A stretch of 64,000 nucleotides of DNA from a virus (Duplodnaviria; Caudoviricetes), in IMG/VR virus record IMGVR_UViG_3300028591_000142, positions 1 to 64,000 of that record; one strand, written 5' to 3'. The position numbers were made by a program, and so were the translations under genes. The notes under the pieces are model-generated. The model ran no database searches. It saw only the letters and a list, made by a program, of their open reading frames with translations, and was not told the origin of the DNA. Below are positions 40,719 to 50,956 of the stretch, piece by piece (position 1 is the stretch's first letter; every line of letters starts with the position of its first letter).

Positions 40719-43700
40719 ATAGGAAACTACGTTATGTATCACTGTCACACAGACTATAGCCTGTTAGACAGTTGCACAAAGTATCAGGAATATATTGACT
40801 TGGCGGTAAGAGACGGTTCAAAAGCAATATCGTTCTCTGAACACGGCAAACCGTTAAACTGGACTGAAAAATGGGCAGCTTGTAAAAAAGCTGGGATAAG
40901 GTATATACATTCAGTCGAGATTTATTTAACAGAATCGCTTGACGAAAAGGTTCGAGACAATTATCACACCGTTTTAATGGCGAAAAATTTTGACGGCTTG
41001 CTTGAATTAAACAAGTTAATCAGTAAATCTTTTGATAAAGAACACTTTTATTACACAAACAGAATTAGTTTTGACGAGTTCTTACATATCTCAGATAACA
41101 TTATTTCAACAAGCGCCTGTCTCGCATCGCCGCTGAACAAACTTCCGGAAGACCACCCAATGATAATGGAACTGGCAAAAAAGTATACATTTCTTGAGGT
41201 TCAAGGTCATAATGTACCGGAACAAATTGAATTTAATAAGAAACTGTTACGGCTTTCTAAGGAGTTGAACAAACCGTTAATAGCAGGAACCGATACACAC
41301 AGTTCAAGCGCATACAAAGCAGAATGTCGTTCAATACTTTTAGAAGCAAAACACAAAAGGTATGAGGGCGAAGAGGCTTTAGACCTTTCTTACAAGACGT
41401 ATGATGAACTCGTTGATATGTTTAAGACACAGGGCGCATTACCGGAAGAAGAATATATGAAAGCGATTGAAAACACAAATCTTCTTTTGGATATGACCGA
41501 AGATATTGAACTTGATACATCAATTAAGTATCCGATACTGTATGGCTCGAGAGAGGCCGACTCCGAAATGTTTGTTAAGACGATAGAAAGAAAGTTCAAA
41601 GAAAAGCTTGACAATGGAATTATACCAAAGTCGCAAGAAGAAGCATTTAGAAATGCGATGAAAGAAGAACTTCGTGTATTCCAGAAGCTTCAAATGGACG
41701 GGTTTATGCTTTCTATGTCTGAACTTATAAGTTGGTGTAAAGAACAGGGTATGTCGATAGGCACAGCCCGTGGTTCTGTAGGCGGTTCAAGGATTGCTTA
41801 TGTGACAGATATTATAGACTTAAACCCAGAGACGTGGCACACGGTTTTCTCGAGATTCTGTAACGAAGACAGAAAAGAAATAGGCGATATTGATATCGAC
41901 TGTATTGATTCTGACAGGCCTGCAATATTCAAGTATATTGTAGACAGATTTGGTGAGGATAAGACAGCAAGAGTGGCTTCATATGGAACGCTTCAATCAA
42001 AGGCGGTTATAGACGAAATTGGACGAGCCTTATCAATACAATGGGAGAAGAAGTATCCCACTAGTGATAAAGCTGAAAACCCGTACTCGTTAGATAAAAT
42101 TAAGAAAATAAAGGCTGAGTTCGAGTCCAACCCTGAAACAACGAAAGAAAAGTACAAAGAAATCTTTTATTATTATGACGGATTGCTCGACACAAAAGTA
42201 TCACAATCCGTTCACCCCGCCGGTATGGTTATTAGTCCTATTACACTCGATGATAATATCGGAACGTTTGATAAAGAGGGCGAAAAATGTATGATGCTCG
42301 ATATGGAAAACGTTCACGACTATACCGGACTTGCAAAGTATGACTTTCTTATCCTTAAAACAGTACAGGTAATAAGGGAAACGTGTGACTATTTAGGGGA
42401 ATCGTATCCAAAAACTTACGAGATAAATTGGGACGATGAGGAAGTATGGTCTGATATGGTTAGTAATGCAATGGGATTGTTCCAATTTGAAGGGGCGTTC
42501 GCCTTTGAATGTTTAAAGCGATTTAAACCCAAAAGCATATTTGATATGTCAATTGTAACGTCTTGTATGAGACCGTCCGGTGCTTCATACAGAGATGATT
42601 TATTGGCAAGAAAAATACACAAAAACCCTTCAGAGATTATTGACGACCTGCTTAAAGACAATCTTGGTTATCTTATCTACCAAGAAGATACGATTAAATT
42701 CTTACAGCAGATATGTGGTTTGTCCGGAAGCGAAGCTGATAACATCAGACGTGCGATAGGACGAAAGCAAAAGGATAGGTTGGACGCAGCACTTCCCTCG
42801 ATTCTCGAAGGCTATTGCAATAAATCACCGAAGCCGAGAGAAGAGGCTGAGAAAGAAGCTAAAGAATTTTTACAGGTAATTGAAGATAGTGCGTCGTATC
42901 AGTTTGGCTATAACCACTCTATAGCATATTGCCTTTTAGGTTATTTGTGTGCCTATTATAGACATTATCATCCATACGAGTTTATTACTTCGTTCCTAAA
43001 TAATGCAGCGAATGAAGACGATATTGTTAACGGTACATCATACGCCGCAAAGGTTGGAATAAAAGTAACTATGCCGAAGTGGAACGTTTCTAAAGGCGAT
43101 TACTTTTACAATAAAGAAAAGGGAATTATTGCTAAGGGACTAACTTCTATTAAGTATATGGGCGAGGGTGTCGCAAATGAATTAAATGAGTTGGCTTCAA
43201 AAAAGAAATATACTAGGTTTATGGACTTACTTCTTGATTTGAACACAGAAACAACTCTTGACGCAAGACAGCTCGACATCTTGATTAAAATTGATTTCTT
43301 CTCTGAGTTTGGAAACCAGAGAGAGTTGTTAAAAATTGTTGAATTATTCAATCAGTTTAAAAAGGGCGAGGCAAAACAAATCAAAAAAGATATTGTTGAC
43401 GGAACGCCATTAGAACCGATTGTTAAGAAATACTCAATAGGTGTTACCAAGTCTGGTGGAGAAGCAAAGAGCTATACCTTGCTCGATGTTGTTTCGATAC
43501 TAAGAGAACTTGAGGAAAAGGTTAAGTCTCTGAAGATGGATGACTTGAGTGATATCTTAAAAGTCAGAAACTTTGCAGATGTAATGGGATATGTGGGATA
43601 TGTATCCGGCAAAGATTCTGACAGACCTAAATTATATGTATTAGATATTTACCAATTAAAACGTAAAGCCGATGGCAAGCAGTTTGGATATTCAATCATA

Positions 43701-43856
43701 ACTAAATCAATTGGTAGTGGCAAGGAAAGTAGGTTCACAGTACTTAACAGAGTATTTAATAAAGACCCTATTAAAAAGGGAGATATTATTCTTTGCAAGA
43801 GCTATGATTTTGACGGTAAGTATTACACATTAACTGGATATAAGAAATTGTATTAA
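40719..43856 (+). CDS. dnaE: DNA polymerase III alpha subunit (probable ATA start)
   Basis: PHP HCHTDYSLLD; ARGSVGGS; DIDID; HPAG; KYDFL; YQE; FGYNHS. Confidence 0.95.
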   Translation: MGNYVMYHCHTDYSLLDSCTKYQEYIDLAVRDGSKAISFSEHGKPLNWTEKWAACKKAGIRYIHSVEIYLTESLDEKVRDNYHTVLMAKNFDGLLELNKLISKSFDKEHFYYTNRISFDEFLHISDNIISTSACLASPLNKLPEDHPMIMELAKKYTFLEVQGHNVPEQIEFNKKLLRLSKELNKPLIAGTDTHSSSAYKAECRSILLEAKHKRYEGEEALDLSYKTYDELVDMFKTQGALPEEEYMKAIENTNLLLDMTEDIELDTSIKYPILYGSREADSEMFVKTIERKFKEKLDNGIIPKSQEEAFRNAMKEELRVFQKLQMDGFMLSMSELISWCKEQGMSIGTARGSVGGSRIAYVTDIIDLNPETWHTVFSRFCNEDRKEIGDIDIDCIDSDRPAIFKYIVDRFGEDKTARVASYGTLQSKAVIDEIGRALSIQWEKKYPTSDKAENPYSLDKIKKIKAEFESNPETTKEKYKEIFYYYDGLLDTKVSQSVHPAGMVISPITLDDNIGTFDKEGEKCMMLDMENVHDYTGLAKYDFLILKTVQVIRETCDYLGESYPKTYEINWDDEEVWSDMVSNAMGLFQFEGAFAFECLKRFKPKSIFDMSIVTSCMRPSGASYRDDLLARKIHKNPSEIIDDLLKDNLGYLIYQEDTIKFLQQICGLSGSEADNIRRAIGRKQKDRLDAALPSILEGYCNKSPKPREEAEKEAKEFLQVIEDSASYQFGYNHSIAYCLLGYLCAYYRHYHPYEFITSFLNNAANEDDIVNGTSYAAKVGIKVTMPKWNVSKGDYFYNKEKGIIAKGLTSIKYMGEGVANELNELASKKKYTRFMDLLLDLNTETTLDARQLDILIKIDFFSEFGNQRELLKIVELFNQFKKGEAKQIKKDIVDGTPLEPIVKKYSIGVTKSGGEAKSYTLLDVVSILRELEEKVKSLKMDDLSDILKVRNFADVMGYVGYVSGKDSDRPKLYVLDIYQLKRKADGKQFGYSIITKSIGSGKESRFTVLNRVFNKDPIKKGDIILCKSYDFDGKYYTLTGYKKLY

Positions 43857-44462
43857 AAATGTGTATAAAACCGATATTTGATTAATTATCCATAAGAGTT
43901 ATTAATTGTCGGATTAATGGTTAGGCGAAAGGAGAGAAATGAATAGATACATATTGTCCGATATGGGTTATGAGGATAGTGTGGTTTTTGAAAACCCGGA
44001 CTATGATAAAGCCATTATTGGTGTTTCTGATGATGACAGGGTTATATATGATTATGACAAGATGATAGAGTGTCTTGTAAGCGAAGATGATATGACAGAG
44101 GAGGAGGCCGTTGACTTTATTTCTTATAACACAATTCGTTCATTAACCTATATTCAGAATGACAAGAAACCCATTATAATGTTTAGTTTAATGGAATAAT
44201 AACTTTCAGATTAACCAGGAGGAATTATTATGAAAAAGCAAATACCAAACACAAGCAAAGTAAAATGTAATATTTGTGGTAAGGAACTTGATTTTTGGGA
44301 TTTTACAGAGGACTATTCGATAAAACGTAGATTAGGATATGGAACCAAATACGATGGAGATGATTTAGAGTTACATATCTGTTGTGATTGTATGGATAAA
44401 CTAATCGACGGTTGTAAAATTTCCCCGATAACACCTGTAGATGAGGGAGAGTTATTTGCTAG

Positions 44463-45149
44463 ATGAAAATAATGACGACACATAAGAAATACCTCGACAT
44501 CTTTGTTTGTTATCTGCTTATGCTGGTAGTTTGTTTTACGATAGCTACTACTAATGATTATAGCGCGGCTAGCGTCGATAATAACGAAGAAACCACAAAG
44601 CAGATTGAACAGGTAACAGAACCAGTAAGCAATGATATCGTAGAAACTACCACAGAAGAAGTCACGACAGAAGAAATAACCACAGTTTGTGCTACCACAG
44701 AAGAAATCACAACAACAGAAAATACAACACAGGCAACTGAACCGGTAAAATCATATAGTCACTACACCGAAGAAGACATTATTAATCTTGCTAAGGTGTT
44801 ATACGCTGAGTGCGGTAGTGTAAAAAGCAAAACAGAACAGGCTTGTGTAGCTTGGGTTGTATGTAACCGTGCTGATTATGATAATTGCTCTATATCGCAG
44901 TCTGCAAAAAAGAAGGGACAATTTGCATATAATCCAAACACGAGGGTTACAGATGAAATGTATGATTTAGCCGCCGATGTTCTCGAGAGGTGGAGTAGAG
45001 AAAAAGATGGAGAGAGCAACGTCGGAAGAGTTTTACCAAAAGAATACGGATTCTTCTACGGAGACGGTGTTAGGAACTACTTTAGAGATAAATATAACGG
45101 CGATTATAACACGTGGGACTATTCATTAGATAGTCCTTACGATACATAA
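44463..45149 (+). CDS. SleB/CwlJ-like cell wall hydrolase with a Thr-rich linker
   Basis: Signal/TM segment; LAKVLYAECG..WVVCNR..GQF. Confidence 0.75.
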   Translation: MKIMTTHKKYLDIFVCYLLMLVVCFTIATTNDYSAASVDNNEETTKQIEQVTEPVSNDIVETTTEEVTTEEITTVCATTEEITTTENTTQATEPVKSYSHYTEEDIINLAKVLYAECGSVKSKTEQACVAWVVCNRADYDNCSISQSAKKKGQFAYNPNTRVTDEMYDLAADVLERWSREKDGESNVGRVLPKEYGFFYGDGVRNYFRDKYNGDYNTWDYSLDSPYDT

Positions 45150-45159
45150 GGAGATTTTT

Positions 45160-45777
45160 ATGAAAATAATTTGTATATCGGGAAAGGCAAGACACGGTAA
45201 GGATACAACGGCCGGTCTTTTAAAAGAATATCTTGAACTCGCTGATAAGAAAGTACTTGTCACACACTATGCCGACTTATTGAAATATCTTTGTAAAACC
45301 TATTTTGGTTGGGATGGCAACAAAGATGAAAACGGCAGACAATTATTGCAATACGTTGGTACAGATATAATTAGAAAAAAGAGACCTGACTTTTGGGTTG
45401 ATTTTGTTGCAGATATTCTGGAATTATTTAATGATACTTGGGATTATGTAATCATATGTGATACCCGGTTTCCAAATGAGGTGTCACGGCTGAAAGACAG
45501 AGGGTTTGATGTTATACATCTCAGAGTAAAGAGAACCGAATTTGATAACAACTTAACAGAAGAACAAAGGAATCACCCGTCAGAAACAGCACTTGATGAT
45601 ATAACCCCTGATTACTGCATAATAAATGACACTACACTTGATGATTTAAGATATAAAACTGTTGAGTTTTTAGCTGAATATATGGTTACGTCAAGTATAT
45701 CAGATGTGTTTAAGAATTTAATAAAATATATAAACGGAAAAATATCATTTAACGATATATGGGGTGATACAAATTGA
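45160..45777 (+). CDS. deoxynucleoside monophosphate kinase
   Basis: ISGKARHGKDT; RQLLQYVGT; DTRFPNE; HPSE. Confidence 0.85.
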   Translation: MKIICISGKARHGKDTTAGLLKEYLELADKKVLVTHYADLLKYLCKTYFGWDGNKDENGRQLLQYVGTDIIRKKRPDFWVDFVADILELFNDTWDYVIICDTRFPNEVSRLKDRGFDVIHLRVKRTEFDNNLTEEQRNHPSETALDDITPDYCIINDTTLDDLRYKTVEFLAEYMVTSSISDVFKNLIKYINGKISFNDIWGDTN

Positions 45778-46376
45778 TACAAACAGCTATCAGTAAATAC
45801 CCGTTAACTATATTGGTTGATGTTGATAATGTTCTCGAAGACCTGGTGGCTGCGTGGGTAGAAGCATTAAATAAAAAATACGATAGGAACGTTAGCCCAA
45901 ATGATATTATAGAGTGGGATATAACAAAATTCTTTCCAGACTTATCGAGAAATCAAATTTTTTCTCCACTTCATACAAAAGAACTATGGGAGTCATTAAC
46001 ACCGATACCGGGGGCTGAGGAGTATCTTGAGAAACTTGTGCACGACGGACATAAAGTCATCCTACTAACATCTGCTCACCCGGATACTGTGTCATACAAA
46101 TATAAGTTTATAAATAAATACTTCCCATATATATCTTTTAACGACATTATATTTGCTTCAAGGAAACAAATGGTTAAAGGAGATATTTTAATTGACGACG
46201 CACCGCATAATCTTATAGGCGGAGATTATATAAAGATACTTATGACAGCTCCGCACAATACTTCATTCAGCGCGTATAATCATAACATTATGAGAGTGAA
46301 TACGTGGGAAGAAATATACGAACTTATCGGTTATATTTCAGAAAGGTTTGATAGGTATGAAAAATATCTTAAGTAA
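45774..46376 (+). CDS. 5'(3')-deoxyribonucleotidase (HAD, NT5C)
   Basis: DVDNVL; KGDILIDDAPHN. Confidence 0.85.
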   Translation: MIQTAISKYPLTILVDVDNVLEDLVAAWVEALNKKYDRNVSPNDIIEWDITKFFPDLSRNQIFSPLHTKELWESLTPIPGAEEYLEKLVHDGHKVILLTSAHPDTVSYKYKFINKYFPYISFNDIIFASRKQMVKGDILIDDAPHNLIGGDYIKILMTAPHNTSFSAYNHNIMRVNTWEEIYELIGYISERFDRYEKYLK

Positions 46377-46579
46377 AAAGGTTAAAAACGGAGTTATTGC
46401 AACCTTGGCGATTATATTAATCCTTGCAATATTACTCGGAGTAGACTACTGCTTGACGGTTGGTATTATTTACCTGATATGTAAATGTTTCGGTTGGAAG
46501 TTTACATTTGCAATAGCAACTGGTGTATGGTTAATAATCAATCTGCTGGTTGTTATATTTAAAAGAGGTGGCAATAGAA

Positions 46580-46789
46580 GTGAGTGATATTATTCTGTAT
46601 TCAACGGGGTGCCCAAAATGCTCTGTTTTGAAATCTAAACTTAACGATAATGGTATTAATTTCACAGAATGTAATGATGTTGAAAAAATGCTTAGTCTTG
46701 GGATAAAGGAAGTTCCTGTTTTAAGCGTTGATGGTACACTGTTTAATTTTGTGGATGCTAATAAATGGATAGGTGAACATAGTGAGTAA
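46580..46789 (+). CDS. glutaredoxin/NrdH-like redoxin
   Basis: LYSTGCPKC; VPVL. Confidence 0.8.
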   Translation: MSDIILYSTGCPKCSVLKSKLNDNGINFTECNDVEKMLSLGIKEVPVLSVDGTLFNFVDANKWIGEHSE

Positions 46790-47145
46790 AAAATTTAATC
46801 CATTTTACGATAGTGAATTTTTAATTTCGACAAATGAAAGCCCGGAAAAACGTTATTTAGTCGAACTATATGAAGACGAACTGATACAATTAAAGTTTGA
46901 AATCGAAAGTATTTTAAGGCAGATAAATACTGTAAAGAAAAGTAAGAGTAAACAAACTAAAACAAAAATAAACGCCCATATTAAAACAGATTACACAACA
47001 AGACGTTGTGTAGCACTTATACCTACACTCGAACCACACAAATATACAGAGAAATGGACGTGTATGAATTGTAACGCCGAATTATCTAAATCAGATACTC
47101 GTTGCCCAGTTTGTGGATATAAATTTATAGATTAAGGAGCGATAA

Positions 47146-49062
47146 ATGAACATACCAATTAAAACAAATAAAGATTTTGAGAAGACACTAGGTCTCTTAA
47201 ACGAAAAATATGGTGAAGATTTTGAGTTGTTGAATGGATTCCACGAAACACAACTTAATTTTTCAGATTTTATTGACGGATTCGTTGGTAAAAATGTTGC
47301 AGATGTAACGATAGATGCTAACGCAAACGCTTCAAATAAAGATATACGCAGCCTTTTAAACGAAAAGGGCAAATCTCTTGATAAATTATTTGCTTTTAGC
47401 AAAATTTTCTATGAGATGAAGAAAAAATATAATCTCAGAACGGCTAAAGAATGGCTTGAAACCGAATATAACGGAGGTTTTTACCTGCACGACGCTCCAA
47501 GTGCAACATATATGCCGTACTGCTATGCTTACGACCTTACCAGATTAGCTACAGAGGGGTTATTTTTCCTTAAAAACTATAATAATCAGCCTCCAATGCA
47601 CTTAACAACGTTTTTAGACGACGTTATTGAGTTCATAAGCTATATGAGCAACAGAAGCTCCGGTGCTGTAGGCATTCCAAATGTTCTTATATGGACTTTT
47701 TACTTCTGGAAACGTGATTGTGAAAAGGGTTATGTGATTAAAAACCCCGAATACTATATCAAACAGTCATTCCAAAAGTTAATTTACAGACTTAATCAGC
47801 CATTTATGAGAATTGACCAAACGGCATTTGTTAATATGTCAATTTTTGACCGTAATTATCTCGTTTCTTTATTCGGCGGTATGCAGTACCCCGACGGAAC
47901 ATACGTAATTGACTATATTGATGAGCTGATTGAACACCAAAAGATATTTATGGAAGTAGTTTCTAAAGTAAGAAGCGAAAATATGTTTACGTTCCCGGTT
48001 CTTACATATAGCTTACTCTATAAAGACGGCAAATTTGAGGACGAAGAGTTTGCTCGCTGGTGTTCAGACCATAATACAACGTGGAACGACAGCAATTTCT
48101 TTGTAAGCGGAGATGTCACAACTCTTAGTAACTGTTGTAGATTGTTATCTGACACCTCAAAGCTTAATGCGTTCATTAATTCTATTGGCGGTACAGCACT
48201 TTCTATCGGCTCAGTCAAAGTTAATACCATAAACCTTATGAGAATCGCGCTTGAAAGCGGCTGTGATGAAAAGAAATATCTTACACTGCTTAAGAAACGC
48301 GCACTGTTATGTTGTAAAACACTTGATGTTGTTAGACATATTATTAAACGCAACGTAGAAAAGGGGTTGCTTCCCAACTATCAAGACGGTGCGGTCGAGA
48401 TGGATAAACAATACTGTACGATGGGCATTCTTGGACTGTATGAGGTCATTGAAGCGTTTGGGTTTACAAAAACAGACGAGCTTGGATATACATCATATAC
48501 AGATGAGGGTATAGAATTGGCTTGTAAAATATTTGAAGTATTAAACGAGGTTAAGGATTCCTTTACAGACGAGTATTCATTTAATATCGAATCTGTTCCG
48601 GCAGAGAGAGCTGCTGTAATTCTTTGCCAAAAAGATAATGTTATCTTTGATAAGAACGACAAGTTTATATACAGTAACCAATGGATTCCTCTTTCAACAA
48701 AATGTACTATTCAAGAAAAACTTCGTTTAAGTGCAATCCTTGATGCAAAGTGCAGCGGAGGTAGTATTGCACACATTAATCTTGAATCTAATTTCCCGAA
48801 CACAGATATGGCTTGGGATATGCTAAATAAGATTGCTCAATCCGGTGTAATTTATTTTGCATTTAACACAAGAATCAATGAATGTAAAAACCACCACGGA
48901 TTTGTTGGAACAAATATTTGCCCTACTTGCGGAGAGCCTGTATTTGATACATATCAAAGAATAGTAGGATATCTTGTACCAACAAGGTCTTATTCGAAAG
49001 ATAGATTTAAAGAATTTAATACCAGAAAATGGTATGAATATGCGGAGATGTTGAGCGAATGA
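47146..49062 (+). CDS. nrdD: anaerobic (class III) ribonucleotide reductase, no ATP cone
   Basis: YLHD..PYC; FTFPV; NCCRL; PAE; zinc site C..HH..CPTC; RIVGY glycyl-radical motif. Confidence 0.92.
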   Translation: MNIPIKTNKDFEKTLGLLNEKYGEDFELLNGFHETQLNFSDFIDGFVGKNVADVTIDANANASNKDIRSLLNEKGKSLDKLFAFSKIFYEMKKKYNLRTAKEWLETEYNGGFYLHDAPSATYMPYCYAYDLTRLATEGLFFLKNYNNQPPMHLTTFLDDVIEFISYMSNRSSGAVGIPNVLIWTFYFWKRDCEKGYVIKNPEYYIKQSFQKLIYRLNQPFMRIDQTAFVNMSIFDRNYLVSLFGGMQYPDGTYVIDYIDELIEHQKIFMEVVSKVRSENMFTFPVLTYSLLYKDGKFEDEEFARWCSDHNTTWNDSNFFVSGDVTTLSNCCRLLSDTSKLNAFINSIGGTALSIGSVKVNTINLMRIALESGCDEKKYLTLLKKRALLCCKTLDVVRHIIKRNVEKGLLPNYQDGAVEMDKQYCTMGILGLYEVIEAFGFTKTDELGYTSYTDEGIELACKIFEVLNEVKDSFTDEYSFNIESVPAERAAVILCQKDNVIFDKNDKFIYSNQWIPLSTKCTIQEKLRLSAILDAKCSGGSIAHINLESNFPNTDMAWDMLNKIAQSGVIYFAFNTRINECKNHHGFVGTNICPTCGEPVFDTYQRIVGYLVPTRSYSKDRFKEFNTRKWYEYAEMLSE

Positions 49063-49544
49063 GAATAAAAACCATAGTCGATGAAGACTTCTTAAATTAT
49101 AAAAAGCCAACAATGTATATTGGTACGGCTTTTTGCGACGGTAAGTGCTGTAAAGAAGCAAACATACCTATATCTATATGTCAAAACGATGAGTGGCGGG
49201 CGGCTCAAATAATTAATATACCCGACGACACAATTATTCAAAGATATCTAATGAACGATATAACAAAAGCCATTTGCTTTGCTGGACTCGAACCGTTCCA
49301 ACAGTACGATGAAATGTTTAACTTTATCAAAAAACTAAGAACGGATTATAACTGCGATGACACAATAGTGATTTATACAGGATTTAATAAAGAGGAGATT
49401 GAGTCGCAGGTTAAAATCCTTAGTCAGTTTAAAAACATTATTATTAAATACGGCAGATACATTCCAGACCAAAAGAGGCATCTTGACGATGTGCTTGGAG
49501 TATATCTAGCATCAGATAATCAATATGCAGAGGTGATTAGTTGA
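49059..49544 (+). CDS. nrdG: NrdG-like activating enzyme
   Basis: CDGKC...CQN; GLEPF; YTG; ASDNQ; adjacent to nrdD. Confidence 0.8.
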   Translation: MRIKTIVDEDFLNYKKPTMYIGTAFCDGKCCKEANIPISICQNDEWRAAQIINIPDDTIIQRYLMNDITKAICFAGLEPFQQYDEMFNFIKKLRTDYNCDDTIVIYTGFNKEEIESQVKILSQFKNIIIKYGRYIPDQKRHLDDVLGVYLASDNQYAEVIS

Positions 49545-49738
49545 GTAAGGACGTAATGATTACTTTGAACCAGGACAAGAACTACGCTAATGATGTTCTT
49601 AGAAGGATTAGAGAGAATGACGGCTATTGCCCTTGTAAGCTCGAAAAAACTCCAGACACAAAATGTATGTGTAAAGAGTTCAGAGAAACCGAGGAGGGTA
49701 TGTGCCACTGCGGATTGTATGTTAAAGTCAAAAGGTGA
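49541..49738 (+). CDS. ferredoxin:thioredoxin reductase catalytic-subunit-like protein
   Basis: CPC...CMC...CHCGLY motif triad. Confidence 0.82.
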   Translation: MSKDVMITLNQDKNYANDVLRRIRENDGYCPCKLEKTPDTKCMCKEFRETEEGMCHCGLYVKVKR

Positions 49739-49753
49739 TTAAAGGAGAACTGT

Positions 49754-50203
49754 ATGGATTTAAAAATAGACCCAAACTTTTATATTAATATAAAAAGGCT
49801 TAGTGAAGACGCGGTTATCCCAACACGGGGTAGCGAGTACGCCGCCGGATATGATTTATACGCAACCGAAGATGTAACAATAGACCCAGGCGACACCGTT
49901 AAGATTGGCACGGGGTTGGCTATGGAAATACCTTCTGGATTTTTCGGTGCAGTGTTTGCGAGAAGTGGACTTGCTACCAAACAGGGCTTACGCCCGGCAA
50001 ACTGCGTGGGTGTAATTGATTCAGACTATCGCGGAGAATTAATTGTTGCCCTATTTAATGACTCTATTATGCTTCGCAAAATTAAGAAAGGTGATAGAAT
50101 AGCACAGATAGTCATTCTCCCATATCTTTCTTATTTATTCAAAGAGGTTGACGAACTCTCTGATACAGAACGCGGAGAGGGCGGCTTTGGTAGCACAGGC
50201 TAA
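49754..50203 (+). CDS. dut: trimeric dUTPase
   Basis: AGYDL; RSGLA; GVIDSDYRGE; RIAQ; RGEGGFGSTG. Confidence 0.96.
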   Translation: MDLKIDPNFYINIKRLSEDAVIPTRGSEYAAGYDLYATEDVTIDPGDTVKIGTGLAMEIPSGFFGAVFARSGLATKQGLRPANCVGVIDSDYRGELIVALFNDSIMLRKIKKGDRIAQIVILPYLSYLFKEVDELSDTERGEGGFGSTG

Positions 50204-50525
50204 TATCTATGCCACAATACGATTGTATTATTATAGAAGCTACGGATTACTTTTTCCCCGGACAATTGTCAGCGTTAGAGGTTGAAATATATGATTATAT
50301 ATTTTGCTACTTAGCCGATTCCGATATACCATTGAAATATATAAAAGATGACTTCGAAAAAAGAACTGGATTGTGTGCAGACAAGGTATATAAGGTAGCG
50401 ACAGATACAGACGCATACAAAGGTATAATAAATTTAAGCGATGACAGTTATTATATCTATCCCTGTATTAAAATAGACGGTGAAGAAGTATCAATAACAG
50501 GCTTTTACATAAATGGAAGTGTTAT

Positions 50526-50708
50526 ATGAGAGAAAAAGCAGATTTTAGGGACAACCTGGAGCGCCTCGACAGAAATTTTCCAGACAAAGAGTTACTTACA
50601 AGAGTTGAGTGTGCTAAATATTTAGGTGTGTCAGAGAAGACAGTTAAGAGAAGATATGGCGTTGGTAGAGATGTAACAAAAGTTGCATTTGCTAAGGCAA
50701 TTAGCTGA
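50526..50708 (+). CDS. excisionase / HTH protein
   Basis: LLTRVECAKYLGVSEKTV HTH; next to attP. Confidence 0.75.
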   Translation: MREKADFRDNLERLDRNFPDKELLTRVECAKYLGVSEKTVKRRYGVGRDVTKVAFAKAIS

Positions 50709-50773
50709 CAGTAGTCAGTAATAAAATCAGTATAAATGCCGAAACGCCTTGAAAATAAAGGATATTAATTTGC

Positions 50774-50815
50774 CTTTTAATCAAGGTGTCCGGAGTTCGA
50801 ATCTCCGATGGCTCA
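50774..50815 (+). other. attP core: 3' half of tRNA-Lys(TTT)
   Basis: cTTTtaatcaaggtgtccggagttcgaatctccgatggctca spans the anticodon loop to the acceptor; no 5' half is present; lies between xis and int. Confidence 0.85.
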
Positions 50816-50893
50816 TAGAAAAGAAAACCCCGTAAGACCAAGTGTTTCAAGGTTTTACGGGGTTATTTTTTTCTTTTACCACCTTCGTCAAAA

Positions 50894-50955
50894 TAGACAA
50901 ATGTGGACAAAAAAGGACAATACAGGACAAAAAAGTCAGTATAAAAGTCAGTATA
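50894..50955. promoter_or_regulatory. putative Xis sites (4x GACAA, 10-bp period) and integrase arm sites (2x AAAGTCAGTATA)
   Basis: gacaa ends at 50900, 50910, 50920 and 50930; arm repeats at 50932-43 and 50944-55; similar (a/g)tcagta pair at 50713-32. Confidence 0.65.
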
Positions 50956-50956
50956 T

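Noticed and set aside
50774-50815. Functional tRNA-Lys gene
   Set aside because: Only the 3' half is present; interpreted as the attP core.
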